NCBI GenBank assembly: GCA_963761305.1
Contig: CAVXGK010000002.1
Coordinates: 2,112,001 to 2,176,000 of the forward strand
Length of the DNA stretch: 64,000 nucleotides
Direction: 5' to 3'
DNA from: an uncultured Gemmatimonadaceae bacterium
Lineage (GTDB): Bacteria > Gemmatimonadota > Gemmatimonadetes > Gemmatimonadales > Gemmatimonadaceae
The stretch's first letter is position 1; each line of letters opens with the position of its first letter. The notes below the pieces were generated by a model. It was not told the DNA's origin and did no database searches. It saw only the letters and a program-made list of their open reading frames with translations. Shown here piece after piece: positions 48,201 to 58,340 of the stretch. The position numbers were made by a program, and so were the translations under genes.

Positions 48201-49311
48201 GCGTCTCGGGGGATCGATCACGGCGCACAGCGCGTCCAACGACCGCACGCTCGGCTACGACGCGGCGACGTACACGATCGACTATGGAGCGTCGTCGCCG
48301 CAGACGGAGACGCAACTCTACGGCTTACACCAGCGCCCGACATCGGGCGCGTTGTTTCTCGACGATCTCTGGCGGCCGTCGTCCTCGTGGCTGGTCGAGA
48401 CCGGGCTGCGGGGTGAAGCGTACGCCGGCGCCGGCCTCACCTGGCTCGGGCTCTCGCCGCGCGTGTCGGCCAAGTATTTCGTGACGCCGGAGCTCGCGTT
48501 CACGGCGGCGGTCGGAAAGTTCACGCAGGGCATGCACTCGCTGGCGCGCGAGGACATTCCGGTGCGCCTGTTCGACTTCTGGGTGGCAAGCGACTCGGTG
48601 ACGCCGGTGTCGAGCGCGTGGCATTTCGTGACGGGCGGCGAGAAGTGGTTCGGCACGTCGCGCTACGTGCGGGTCGAGGGATTTTACAAGAAGTACGGAA
48701 GCCTCCTCGACGCAAACCCGTCGCCGGATCCCGACAATCCGTCGACGAATTTTTTCTCGGAGACCGGCGAGTCGTACGGCGCGGACGTGCTGTTGCGCGA
48801 GTTCGAGCGCGGGCCGTTCAGCGGCTGGATCTCGTACACGTACACCGTTTCGACGCGGCAGGTCGATTCGATCAGCTACTTCCCGGGGCAGGACCGACGG
48901 CACGATTTCAACTTCGTCGCCAACTGGCGGGCGAAGAGGTATCTGATCGGGCTGCGCTTCGGATACGCGACGGGAACGCCGTACACCGACATCGTCGGCG
49001 AGATCGTGCGGCGGATCTACGATCCGGGTCTCAACGCGTTCGGCACGCGCGGCGGTGGTCCGCAGAACGAATTCATCGGCGGTCCGCGCGACGGGGCGCG
49101 TCTGCCGCCGACGCAACGACTCGATCTGAGCGTGACGCGGACGTATTCGGTGCGCGGCACGTCGATCGCGCCGTATTTGAGCGTGGTGAACGCGTACGAC
49201 GCGAAGAACGTGTTCCTGTATGTGTTCGACTACGCCGCGAGCCCGCCGACCAAGCAGGCGATCTCGCAATTCCCGCTGCTGCCGTCCGCCGGTGTTTCGA
49301 TTCACTTCTAG
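45226..49311 (+). CDS. In-frame fusion: alkaline phosphatase/phosphodiesterase-family domain plus TonB-dependent receptor
   Basis: N-part QIDAL, PSATP, YDELGHH, LSDHG and GAHG motifs; from ~46960 a signal-like segment, carboxypeptidase-regulatory-like domain, plug (LLPGV..VRGG..QNLILLDG), barrel and terminal Phe; start uncertain. Confidence 0.8.
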   Translation: MPANDLPPAHIDEPPVVRGRASRLLKWYFALKYRVFRRERRPRDGRRGLVMLQIDALAYAELRRAIELGYCPTIEQMVREQGYTLRRWFCGLPSATPYCQAGFFHGENDGIPAFRFYDKSEQRVITCNTPAGVQYIRDRITAPGALAGGSSYVNLLDGDAQNVAFTVATRDQASVFKRLGGWRMAMLMLIHPIRVLRMGAQAALEWLREDYERSISELTGRRTHSEGLFPFIRVLTSVVVRELQTMAILLDVYSGVPVIYSTFMQYDELGHHFGPASFQALRDLRRTDARIREIRRMIANAGGREYDLVILSDHGMTPSVSYRVRFGETLGTTIEHVLQRDAARTGERPLSASTSFAQDGEYADMSARVVDAVAEATPERHRTVRGILLRARDWVRSRYGLRELILPEKYRVEAGQDVVVTYSSDLALLYFADDRNPLDLDQIAGDNRRAALYDALLDHPGVGLLAARSGTSVHVESSTGRAILADGAVRVLEGANPLEPYGTSSLVIRALERLVWQPNTGDLTIFGAYDGYEIVSFDDQIGAHGAAGGNQLHPFLIGPPELQLEHETIDDPRDIHRVILAKYMAGAALAFACVGLGGARASLHAQQATRRDTTGVIAGRVIDAEKAEPRAGTTISIVGTTRGTLADADGRFVISAVAPGDRTIRAHILGYATLDRAVVVRAGDTTRVELRLEPEAQVLSAVKTEAKPIDRELFDSRPAVGTVQLTARAAEGVPRLGDPDVMRIVQLLPGVEARNDFSTGFNVRGGEADQNLILLDGYPIYNPFHLGGLFSTFIDPTVGDITLMTGGFPARYGSRLSSVLDVSSAEETRAGLHGTAELSLLSSTGELGGSFDSGKATWMIAGRRTYADEFVKLISSDQLPYHFRDEQAHFSYAFSPSTRLTVTAYDGRDILNADIASFSDSTGTNASGGSFLFDWGNTVVGATLATSFRRPNAQWLFGDSATAEQHASRSRFSTALNLGAGSLILTNAVNDTRLGGSITAHSASNDRTLGYDAATYTIDYGASSPQTETQLYGLHQRPTSGALFLDDLWRPSSSWLVETGLRGEAYAGAGLTWLGLSPRVSAKYFVTPELAFTAAVGKFTQGMHSLAREDIPVRLFDFWVASDSVTPVSSAWHFVTGGEKWFGTSRYVRVEGFYKKYGSLLDANPSPDPDNPSTNFFSETGESYGADVLLREFERGPFSGWISYTYTVSTRQVDSISYFPGQDRRHDFNFVANWRAKRYLIGLRFGYATGTPYTDIVGEIVRRIYDPGLNAFGTRGGGPQNEFIGGPRDGARLPPTQRLDLSVTRTYSVRGTSIAPYLSVVNAYDAKNVFLYVFDYAASPPTKQAISQFPLLPSAGVSIHF

Positions 49312-50461
49312 AGTCGCCGCGGTCGCGCTGGGTGCGCTGGTCGTCGTCGCGGGCTGCGAGTTGGAGAAGGTCTCCATTCCCTCCTCGACGCCTGGCGTGG
49401 TGGTGCACGCGGTGATGAACCCGAGCGCGGGCGCGCAAGTCGTGTACCTCGAGCGCACGCTCACGGGCGCGGCGCCTCTCCCCGAGCCTGCGTTTGATCC
49501 CAACGACCCGATCGCGAGCGCCGGCGGAATTCCGATCTCCGGCGCCCTCGTGGAAATCATCGACTCGAGTGGCACCCGGACCCCGGGGGTCGAGACGTTG
49601 ATTCAGGGAAACGGCCAGGGGCGCGGCGTCTATTTCGTACCAGTGCCGGCCAGCCTGATACGGCTCGGACAGCGCTACGAGCTTCACGTGCACACGCAGG
49701 AGGGCGAGGATCTCACGGCGTTCACACGGATTCCGCTGCCCGAAGTATCGTCGACGCAGGGGCTCACACAGACGCTCAACCGCGACCACGACACGCTGTC
49801 GATCAGTTGGGCCGCGGCGCTCAGGACTCGTGCGTACGCGATGCGCGTGGAGAGTCCGTTCGGGCCGTTCTTCCTGTTCACCGACAGCCTGCACGTGCGA
49901 CTCACCGGCGACCTGCGCAACATCTTCGCCGGCGAGCTTCAGCACGTGCTCATCCCCGGCTTCCATCAGGACATTCTCGTCGCCGCAGTGGACTCGAACT
50001 TCTTCGACTACTATCGCACGAACGACGATCCGTTCACCGGCGCGGGGATCATCAGCCGGATCAACGGTGGGCTCGGGTTGTTCGGATCGCTCGTCACATT
50101 GACGAACGGCACGCTGACGGTAATCGCCGATCAGACGCAGCCGGTCGAAGGACGATATCGTGCGCAGCCGCCGGTGGACTCGACGTCGCTCGCGTCTTCG
50201 ATCAACCTCTACATCGAATCACCCGCCATACGATCGGACGCGCCGTCGGCGCTGAGCGGCCGATACAATTCGCCGGGCCCGAATCTTCGCGCCGACGGCC
50301 TGATCGGGACGATCAACGGGAGCGAGGTAGTTCTCGCGTTCCTGGCGAATCAGTTGGCGAGCGACACCGTCGACGTGTTCGTCGGCCAGTTGAACAGCGG
50401 CGTGCTGAGAGGAGAGTACCGCGGTCACCCCGGCACGACGGTGACGTTCGTCAAACAGTGA
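49292..50461 (+). CDS. DUF4249-like lipoprotein partner of the TonB receptor
   Basis: Lipobox VAGC; SRINGGLGLFGS; overlaps the end of the receptor gene. Confidence 0.75.
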   Translation: MFRFTSRVAAVALGALVVVAGCELEKVSIPSSTPGVVVHAVMNPSAGAQVVYLERTLTGAAPLPEPAFDPNDPIASAGGIPISGALVEIIDSSGTRTPGVETLIQGNGQGRGVYFVPVPASLIRLGQRYELHVHTQEGEDLTAFTRIPLPEVSSTQGLTQTLNRDHDTLSISWAAALRTRAYAMRVESPFGPFFLFTDSLHVRLTGDLRNIFAGELQHVLIPGFHQDILVAAVDSNFFDYYRTNDDPFTGAGIISRINGGLGLFGSLVTLTNGTLTVIADQTQPVEGRYRAQPPVDSTSLASSINLYIESPAIRSDAPSALSGRYNSPGPNLRADGLIGTINGSEVVLAFLANQLASDTVDVFVGQLNSGVLRGEYRGHPGTTVTFVKQ

Positions 50462-50836
50462 CGAGCGCGCGAACCTCGTCGCCGTCCAGGCGCGTGGGAT
50501 CTTCGAGATCACCCGACCGCCGCTGCACGCCGCGCACGACCGCGTCCACCGTGACGAGTGGCGCATCCGCCTCGGCGACGACGCTCGTCTCCCATTTGCC
50601 GCGATCGGGACCCTTGAGCACGAGCCGATAGAGCGCCGTGTAGACGACGAATCGCGGCTCGGGATCGGTCGCGTCCTGGCCTTCGAACGGGATCGCCGCC
50701 ACGACGGCGACGCCGCTCTCGATTCCGGCCTGACGCATCGGCGCGAACAGGTGCACCTCGGCGATGCGGTGGGCGGCGATCTGCGCGACGATGGCGCCGA
50801 GGAAACGCTCGCGCGTGTCGAGAGGCTGCACGACGG

Positions 50837-50840
<4 letters not shown>
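50451..50840 (-). CDS. Conserved-looking hypothetical protein
   Basis: ATGA overlap with upstream gene; EVHLFAPMRQAGIESGVAV..LKGPDRGKWE. Confidence 0.7.
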
Positions 50841-51967
<1,127 letters not shown>

Positions 51968-52001
51968 GCACTGGAATGTCGCGGGTCGGGGGCTGGGATT
52001 G

Positions 52002-52105
52002 CAGGTGGACGGGTGGACGGGTGAACAGCGACCGCCCCGCCGTTTCGCCGTTCAGGCTGTCACCTGTCCACCTGTCCACCTGTCCACCCGTCCACCCGTC
52101 CACCC
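52002..52105. repeat. Family A variant (GGACGGGT/GGACAGGT), inverted pair of arrays
   Basis: caggtggacgggtggacgggtgaacag versus ctgtcacctgtccacctgtccacctgtccacccgtccacccgtccaccc. Confidence 0.85.
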
Positions 52106-52107
52106 TA

Positions 52108-52740
52108 TCAACGCCCGCCCCAGACGAAGCCCATGCCGATCCCGAAGCCGAAGCCGGTCGCGTGCTCGGTGAGCGCGTCGGGGTGGTCGAACGAGCTGAC
52201 GGCGTGGTAGTCGCCCTCGGCGCGCAGCATGAAATGGCGCGCGACGTACCAGTCGGCGCCGGCGCCGAAGCGCGCGCCGGCGGCCGTCTCGGTCGTCGTC
52301 GACACCGAGCCGAACGCCGAGGCATCGGCCACCGAGTGGATGTAGGGACCGGCGGAGAGCGACAGGAACGGCCGCAGCGTGCGCGTGAGCGCAATCGGTT
52401 CCGGTGAATAGCGAACGCCAAACAGAACTGGCGTGATCATGTTCGCATAGCTCCGTCCGGCTTCCGCGAACGTGTCGGTATTCAACACGCCGATGTTGAT
52501 CTCGACCGCGGCCTGCGGGTGGACGTATCGGGCGTAGCCCATGTATCCGAGCTCGCCAGTCGAATGCGTGCTCGCTGCCACGCCGGGGGCCGACGCCGTC
52601 GCGTCGCGCGCGCCGGTGAGACCGATGCCAAGTGAAATGATGTTCTTGCCGGCGAGGCTCAACGTGTCGTCGGATCGCTGCGCGAGAAGAACTGACGGCG
52701 CGATCAGAGCAATCGCCAACGAAGCCGCGGTGCGTCGCAT
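52108..52740 (-). CDS. Outer-membrane beta-barrel protein
   Basis: Signal ending LLAQ; LRPFLSLSAG, FGAGADW and LRAEGDY strands. Confidence 0.75.
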   Translation of the reverse strand: MRRTAASLAIALIAPSVLLAQRSDDTLSLAGKNIISLGIGLTGARDATASAPGVAASTHSTGELGYMGYARYVHPQAAVEINIGVLNTDTFAEAGRSYANMITPVLFGVRYSPEPIALTRTLRPFLSLSAGPYIHSVADASAFGSVSTTTETAAGARFGAGADWYVARHFMLRAEGDYHAVSSFDHPDALTEHATGFGFGIGMGFVWGGR

Positions 52741-52839
52741 AGCAGATTCCTGAAAAGGGTGGGTTTCCGAGAATGCTACCGACTTCGACAATCCGTACCA
52801 TGGCTCAGTGCGGAAAGTTTCGCGTCCAGCGGCCCGATC

Positions 52840-55107
52840 TCACAGCAGCGCGACGGGGTCCCGGTCGAGCGTGACGCGCAAGTCCGCGCGCTTCGGCACC
52901 TTGAAGCGTTCCATGAAGTACCGCCCCACCTGTGTGAGATCAGCCGGGCGTTCGGACTTGAGCAGCGCGTGCCATCGCCAGCGATTCTTGATTCGCTCGA
53001 TCGGACACGGCGCCGGTCCGATGATGGTGAGTCCTTCGATCGAACGCTTGCTGGTGAGCGCGTTGAGCCACGAGACCGCGGATGCGGCGACGAGCGCGGT
53101 GTCGCTCTCGGTCGTGCCGCTGAACACGATGTTCGCCAACCGAATCGTCGGCGGATATGGCGGCGAAACGCGCGCCTCGAGCTCCTGCCGTACGAACGTC
53201 GCGTAGTCGTGCTTCACCGCGCACACAACGGCATGATGCGTCGGCACGCGCGTCTGGATCAACACGTCGCCGCCGCGCGGCCCTCGCCCCGCTCGCCCAG
53301 CGACCTGACTCAATAGTTGAAAACATCGCTCCGAGGCGCGGAAGTCGGGCAGGTTGATGCCGACATCGGCGTCCACCACGCCGACGAGGGTGACGTTGGG
53401 AAAGTCCAAACCTTTCGCGATCATCTGCGTGCCGAGCAACACATCGACTTCGCCGCGGCCGACGCGATCGAGGATCTCGGCGTGGGCCCATTTGCCGCTC
53501 GTCGTGTCGACGTCCATGCGCGCGATCCGCGCCGACGGAAACCGGTCGGCGAGCAATCGCTCGACTTGCTGTGTGCCAAGCCCGCGCTGTCGAAGCACGC
53601 TGCCCGAGCAGCGCGGGCACGTCGCGGGCCGCGGCTCGGTGTGGCGGCAGTAGTGACAGACGAGCCCTTCGGGCGTGCGATGATACGTGAGGCTGATCGA
53701 GCAATTCGGACACGTCGACACGAAGCCGCAAGTCTCGCATTGAACGAACGCGGCGTAGCCTCGGCGATTCAACAACAGAATGCTCTGTTCTTGTTTCGTG
53801 AGACGGTCCGACAGTGCTTGCTCGAGCTCTTCGCTCAGCACCAGCCGCAGCCAGTCGGCCGCGTCGCGCTCGGCGGGGCGACGCACCGCGGCGGCGCGCG
53901 CCGCCTCGCGGCGATCCACCACCTTCACGACGGGCAGCCGTCCGCCGCCGACGCGTTCCGGCAGCGAGATCAACGTGTACGCGCCGCGCTGCGCGTTCGA
54001 CCAGCTCTCGAGACTCGGCGTCGCGCTGCCGAGGACGACCATCGCTCCCTCGCGGCGCGCGCGAACCATGGCGACCTCGCGCGCGTGATACCGCGGCATC
54101 TCGCCCTGCTTGTAGCTCGACTCGTGCTCTTCGTCGACGACGACGGCGCCGAGGTTGGCGAGCGGCGCGAAGATCGCCGACCGCGCGCCGACGGCGATGC
54201 GCTTGCGGCCTTCGCGGAGCGCGAGCCACTCGTCGTAGCGTTCGCCGTCGCCCAAAGCGCTGTGCAACACCGCGATCGCGTCGCCGAATTCGGCGCGAAA
54301 ACGGTCCACGGTCTGCGGGGTGAGCGCGATCTCGGGCACGAGCACGATCGCCGTCTTTCCCTCTTGCAACACCAGACGCTTGAGCAGCTCGAGGTAGACG
54401 AGCGTCTTGCCGCTGCCGGTGATGCCGTGGAGGAGAAAGACGTCGCCCGGCTTGCCGGCGCCGAGCGTGGCGAGCGCGTCGCGTTGCGCGAGCGACGGTT
54501 CGTGGCCCCTCGCGGACGGCGCGGGCCGATTGATGAACGGATCGCGCGAGACCGTTTCGGTGGCGAGCGACACGAGTTCGCGCTTGACCAGCGTTCGCAG
54601 CACGGCGGGAGAGAACTTGTGCCGCTCCGTGAGATGCTCCACCGGCACCGGTCCGCCCATGGATTCGATCAGCTCGAACAGCGCGCGCTGCTGCGGCGCG
54701 CGTCTGAACTTCTCGTCCCGTTCGATGAGCGACGGCATCTCGTCACGCACGGCGACGACGCGACGCGTGCGTCTCACCGGCTCCGGCACGGCGAGCGACG
54801 ACAACACTGCCGGCAGCGCGCTTCGGATCACGACGCCGACCGGCGCGACGTAGTACTCGGCGATCCAGGCGCAGAGAGCGAGCATCTCCACGCTCATCAC
54901 GGGCGCGGCGTCGGGGATCGACTCGACGCGCTTGGGCGCGACGGTGCCTGGCGCGACGTTCGCCTCGACGATCACTCCCATCGCGCGTCGATTGCGAAAC
55001 GGGACGACGACGCGCATGCCCGGCCGCGCGCGGTCGGCTAGCTCCGGCGGGACCTCGTACGTGAACGTGTTGAAGAGGGGAACTGGGAGCGCGACGGAGA
55101 CGAGCAC
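52840..55107 (-). CDS. priA: Primosomal protein N' (replication restart helicase)
   Basis: GITGSGKT, LVPEIALTPQ, DEEH, GSATPS, NRRGY, four CxxC motifs and GTQMIAKGLDFP. Confidence 0.97.
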   Translation of the reverse strand: MLVSVALPVPLFNTFTYEVPPELADRARPGMRVVVPFRNRRAMGVIVEANVAPGTVAPKRVESIPDAAPVMSVEMLALCAWIAEYYVAPVGVVIRSALPAVLSSLAVPEPVRRTRRVVAVRDEMPSLIERDEKFRRAPQQRALFELIESMGGPVPVEHLTERHKFSPAVLRTLVKRELVSLATETVSRDPFINRPAPSARGHEPSLAQRDALATLGAGKPGDVFLLHGITGSGKTLVYLELLKRLVLQEGKTAIVLVPEIALTPQTVDRFRAEFGDAIAVLHSALGDGERYDEWLALREGRKRIAVGARSAIFAPLANLGAVVVDEEHESSYKQGEMPRYHAREVAMVRARREGAMVVLGSATPSLESWSNAQRGAYTLISLPERVGGGRLPVVKVVDRREAARAAAVRRPAERDAADWLRLVLSEELEQALSDRLTKQEQSILLLNRRGYAAFVQCETCGFVSTCPNCSISLTYHRTPEGLVCHYCRHTEPRPATCPRCSGSVLRQRGLGTQQVERLLADRFPSARIARMDVDTTSGKWAHAEILDRVGRGEVDVLLGTQMIAKGLDFPNVTLVGVVDADVGINLPDFRASERCFQLLSQVAGRAGRGPRGGDVLIQTRVPTHHAVVCAVKHDYATFVRQELEARVSPPYPPTIRLANIVFSGTTESDTALVAASAVSWLNALTSKRSIEGLTIIGPAPCPIERIKNRWRWHALLKSERPADLTQVGRYFMERFKVPKRADLRVTLDRDPVALL

Positions 55108-55131
55108 GAGACGAAAGGTACCGAGCGCCGT

Positions 55132-55168
55132 ACCTGTCCACCCGTCCACCTGTCCACCTGTCCACCCG
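55132..55168. repeat. Family A variant array between the kinase stop and priA
   Basis: acctgtcc-acccgtcc-acctgtcc-acctgtcc-acccg. Confidence 0.85.
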
Positions 55169-57319
55169 CTAATTGGCCCATAGCCCCTCGATCGTCGAGA
55201 TGCTGAGCGGCAGCCGGACGATGAACGTCGTTCCGACGCCGAGCGTGCTCTCGACGCGGACCTTGCCGCCGAGTTGCTCGGTGAGCCGGCGCGCGATGCT
55301 GAGTCCAAGGCCGGTGCCGCCGTAGGAGCGAGTGCGCGACTGGTCGAGTTGGCGGAAGTCTTCCCAGATCGCCTCGATCTCGTCGGGGCGAATGCCGACG
55401 CCCGTGTCGGACACGCGCACGATGACGGCGTCGCTCTCGCGCTCGACTTGCAGCCGGATGGCGCCGCGATTCGTGAACTTCACGGCGTTCGACAGCAGGT
55501 TGAGGAGGATCTGCTTGAGCTTCGTCTTGTCCGTCTGGAGCGGCGGGCAGTGCGCGGCGATCACCTTGCGGAACGCGAGCCGCTTGGACGTCATCATCGG
55601 CTCGACCTGCTCCGCCACCTCGTTGATGAGATCCTCGAGGATGACGCGCTCGACGTGGACGGGCATCTTCCCCGCCTCGATGCGCGACAGGTCGAGGATG
55701 TCGTTGATGAGCGAGAGGAGATGATGCGCCGCGGCGCGGCTGCGCGTGACGTAGTCGCGCTGCGCTTCACTGAGCTCGCCGGCGATTCCATCGAGAAGCA
55801 GCGCCGAGTAGCCGATGACGGCGTTGAGTGGCGTGCGCAGCTCGTGCGACACGCTGGCGAGGAAGTCGGTCTTGAGCTTGTTGGCCTTCGCCAGCTCCTC
55901 GGATTGCCAGAGCAGTCGTTCGTTCTGTTGGGCGAGGTCCGAGGTCGCGGCGACGATGCGTCCTTCCAGCTCGCCGTTGAGCTGTTTGAGCGCGTCGTAG
56001 AGGCGCTCGTTCTCGACCTGTTGCGTGAGGTCGTGCAACACGGAGACGATGGCGATCGCTTCGCCGCGATCGTTGCGGATCTTGCCCGATACGACTTCCA
56101 CGGGGAGCGACGCGCCGTTCATCGGATGCACCAGCGACATGCGCTCTCGCTTGAGCCGCTGGTCGGTGAGCGCGAAGTCCGAAATGAACGACGTGAACAT
56201 CGTGTCGTTCTGCCGCACCGCTTGCGACACGCGATAGCTGCGCGACCCGCCGCGCGGGCCGTGAAAGAGCTGCTCCGCCTCGTCGTTCATGAGGATGATG
56301 TTGGCGGCGCGGTCGGTGACGAGGATCGGGTCGGCGACGTTCTCGAGAATGAGATTGAGCCGGTCGCGCTCATCGGTCGCTTCGATCTCCGCTTGGCGCA
56401 CGCGCTGTACCTGCCGCTCCAACTCGTTCGACGCGCGGCGCAGGTCGGTCACGTCGCGCAGCACCGAGAGCATCGCGTCGTCGGGACCCATGCGCTCGGC
56501 GAGCGGATGGGTCAGTACTTCGAACAGCAGGTCGTGGCCTTCGTCGGGGTCGACGAGATTGAGCTCGCGCGATCCGCCGGCGTTCGAACCGCTGCTCGTC
56601 GTGCGCGAAAGAAAGGAGTTGAAGAGCAGGTTGTTGACCTCGACGGCGCGCCGGCGTCCCTGCGAATCGACGTCGTTCGCGAAGAGCAGATTTTCGGCGC
56701 GCTTGTTCTGGACGACGATGTTGTTCCACGCGTCGGTGATCACGACCGGGTCGGGCAGCGAATCGACCATTTGCTGGAAGCGGCCGCGCTCCTGAATCGT
56801 GCGCTCGTGGCCGCGTTCGACGTGCAGGTGCGCGGCGACGCGCGCGATGACCGGCCCGGCGTAGATCACGATCGCTGCCGCGTCGTCGACGACGGGAGGC
56901 GACAGCGCGACGTCCACGATCACGACGCCGCCCGGCGCGCCGGCGAAGCGCGGCATCGGCAACGCCGTCCATTCGTCGAAGCGGATGGGGCTCGGCGAGG
57001 GCGGCGCCGCGTCGGCGACGACCGGCCGCTGCGCAATCGTCGCCGCCATCCAGGGATGCGCGCGCTCGGCGATCACGAGTTCGATCGGCGCGTCGTCGAG
57101 CCCCGAGTGCGACACGAGCACAAGTTGGTGGTCCGCCGCGTCGAATCCGAACAGACACGCGCGACGCGCGCCCGTCGCCGACAGCACGTGACCCAGCAGG
57201 AATCCGGCGGCCGCGTCGAGGTCGGGCGCCTCGGCCAGCGCGGCCAGCAACGCGAGCTGAGTCCGATCGCTCGCCGGACGGGCGCGGCCAACGGACATCG
57301 ATTCCACCGTCATGACCAC
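55169..57319 (-). CDS. GAF-like/PAS/PAS sensor histidine kinase
   Basis: Two PAS starts (VDSLPDPVV, LENVADPIL); VSHELRTPLN, NLLSNAVKFT and GGTGLGL. Confidence 0.93.
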   Translation of the reverse strand: MVMTVESMSVGRARPASDRTQLALLAALAEAPDLDAAAGFLLGHVLSATGARRACLFGFDAADHQLVLVSHSGLDDAPIELVIAERAHPWMAATIAQRPVVADAAPPSPSPIRFDEWTALPMPRFAGAPGGVVIVDVALSPPVVDDAAAIVIYAGPVIARVAAHLHVERGHERTIQERGRFQQMVDSLPDPVVITDAWNNIVVQNKRAENLLFANDVDSQGRRRAVEVNNLLFNSFLSRTTSSGSNAGGSRELNLVDPDEGHDLLFEVLTHPLAERMGPDDAMLSVLRDVTDLRRASNELERQVQRVRQAEIEATDERDRLNLILENVADPILVTDRAANIILMNDEAEQLFHGPRGGSRSYRVSQAVRQNDTMFTSFISDFALTDQRLKRERMSLVHPMNGASLPVEVVSGKIRNDRGEAIAIVSVLHDLTQQVENERLYDALKQLNGELEGRIVAATSDLAQQNERLLWQSEELAKANKLKTDFLASVSHELRTPLNAVIGYSALLLDGIAGELSEAQRDYVTRSRAAAHHLLSLINDILDLSRIEAGKMPVHVERVILEDLINEVAEQVEPMMTSKRLAFRKVIAAHCPPLQTDKTKLKQILLNLLSNAVKFTNRGAIRLQVERESDAVIVRVSDTGVGIRPDEIEAIWEDFRQLDQSRTRSYGGTGLGLSIARRLTEQLGGKVRVESTLGVGTTFIVRLPLSISTIEGLWAN

Positions 57320-57349
57320 GACAATCTTTCCTGCGCCAACCAGCGTCCG

Positions 57350-58156
57350 CTAGTCCGCCTTCTCCAGCTTCAGCTTGATGTTGACGAAGTTGTAGGGCGG
57401 CCATGGGCCGGAGTACTTGAACGAAAGCACGTCTTCGTACCTTCGGCTCGTCTCCTTCACCCGGTCGTCGAACGCTTGTTCCTGCGCGCGTTCGACGAGG
57501 AACGCGGCGTTGAGAATCATGCGATCGCCGATCGGCTTGTTCGACCGGCTCGCCACCGCGACCTGCTTGAGCGCGTCGTGCACGTCGGCGACGTATTGCG
57601 AGCTCATCTCCTCGAGCGCCGAGTCGACGAGACGGCCCAACTGCATGCGGGCAAAGTACGTGGACGTCGTCGTGTGTCGGCTGATTTCGTCCTTGAGTCT
57701 GCTGATCTCGTCGTTCTGTCGCTCGAGATTGGCGATGACCTTCTCGCGGTCCCAGAGGACTTTCAGTCCGAACTCGATCTTGTCCTGCATCTTGTCGAGC
57801 ACGTCACTGAACGCCTGATACGTCGAACGAAGGAGCTCCGTCACGTCTTCCTCGGAGCGGAAGACGGTGCCGAACGACATCGGGATGACCGTGAATTCCT
57901 TCATCACCGTTTCGTTCACGAACTCGTGCGCCAGAACGTTCTCGCGCGTGGGGTCGTAGATGACGATCGGCGTGTCACTCACCACCGCGGCGAGATCCTG
58001 GAACGCCACGGTAAACACGCGCTGTCCGCCGCCGATGCCGATAGCGCCAAAGTCACGCTGGCGCTCGCTGCGGACGATGCAATACACGTATTTTCCACCC
58101 TCTACCCCGCCCGCCGCCAACACCGGCGCCGCTTCTACGATCTGGGGCTCAGGCAT
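57350..58156 (-). CDS. GvpL/GvpF family protein
   Basis: YVYCI, DLAAVVS, AHEFV, TVIPMSFG, EFGLK, LNAAFLV and SGPWPPYNFV motifs. Confidence 0.9.
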   Translation of the reverse strand: MPEPQIVEAAPVLAAGGVEGGKYVYCIVRSERQRDFGAIGIGGGQRVFTVAFQDLAAVVSDTPIVIYDPTRENVLAHEFVNETVMKEFTVIPMSFGTVFRSEEDVTELLRSTYQAFSDVLDKMQDKIEFGLKVLWDREKVIANLERQNDEISRLKDEISRHTTTSTYFARMQLGRLVDSALEEMSSQYVADVHDALKQVAVASRSNKPIGDRMILNAAFLVERAQEQAFDDRVKETSRRYEDVLSFKYSGPWPPYNFVNIKLKLEKAD

Positions 58157-58340
58157 GCCTGTCCTCTGTTTGGAAAAGCCGACTCTGCCGCACGGAACTG
58201 TGGAAGCTTTGCACGCGGATAGGCCGAGCGCTAGTCACGGCCGCCAAGTTTATAGCCCTCCATCGCTTCCGGACCTGCCCGGCGAGCATCGACGCCGAAC
58301 AGGGCTCGTTGACTGGCGATCGCGCGCCCGTTGTGTCCGC

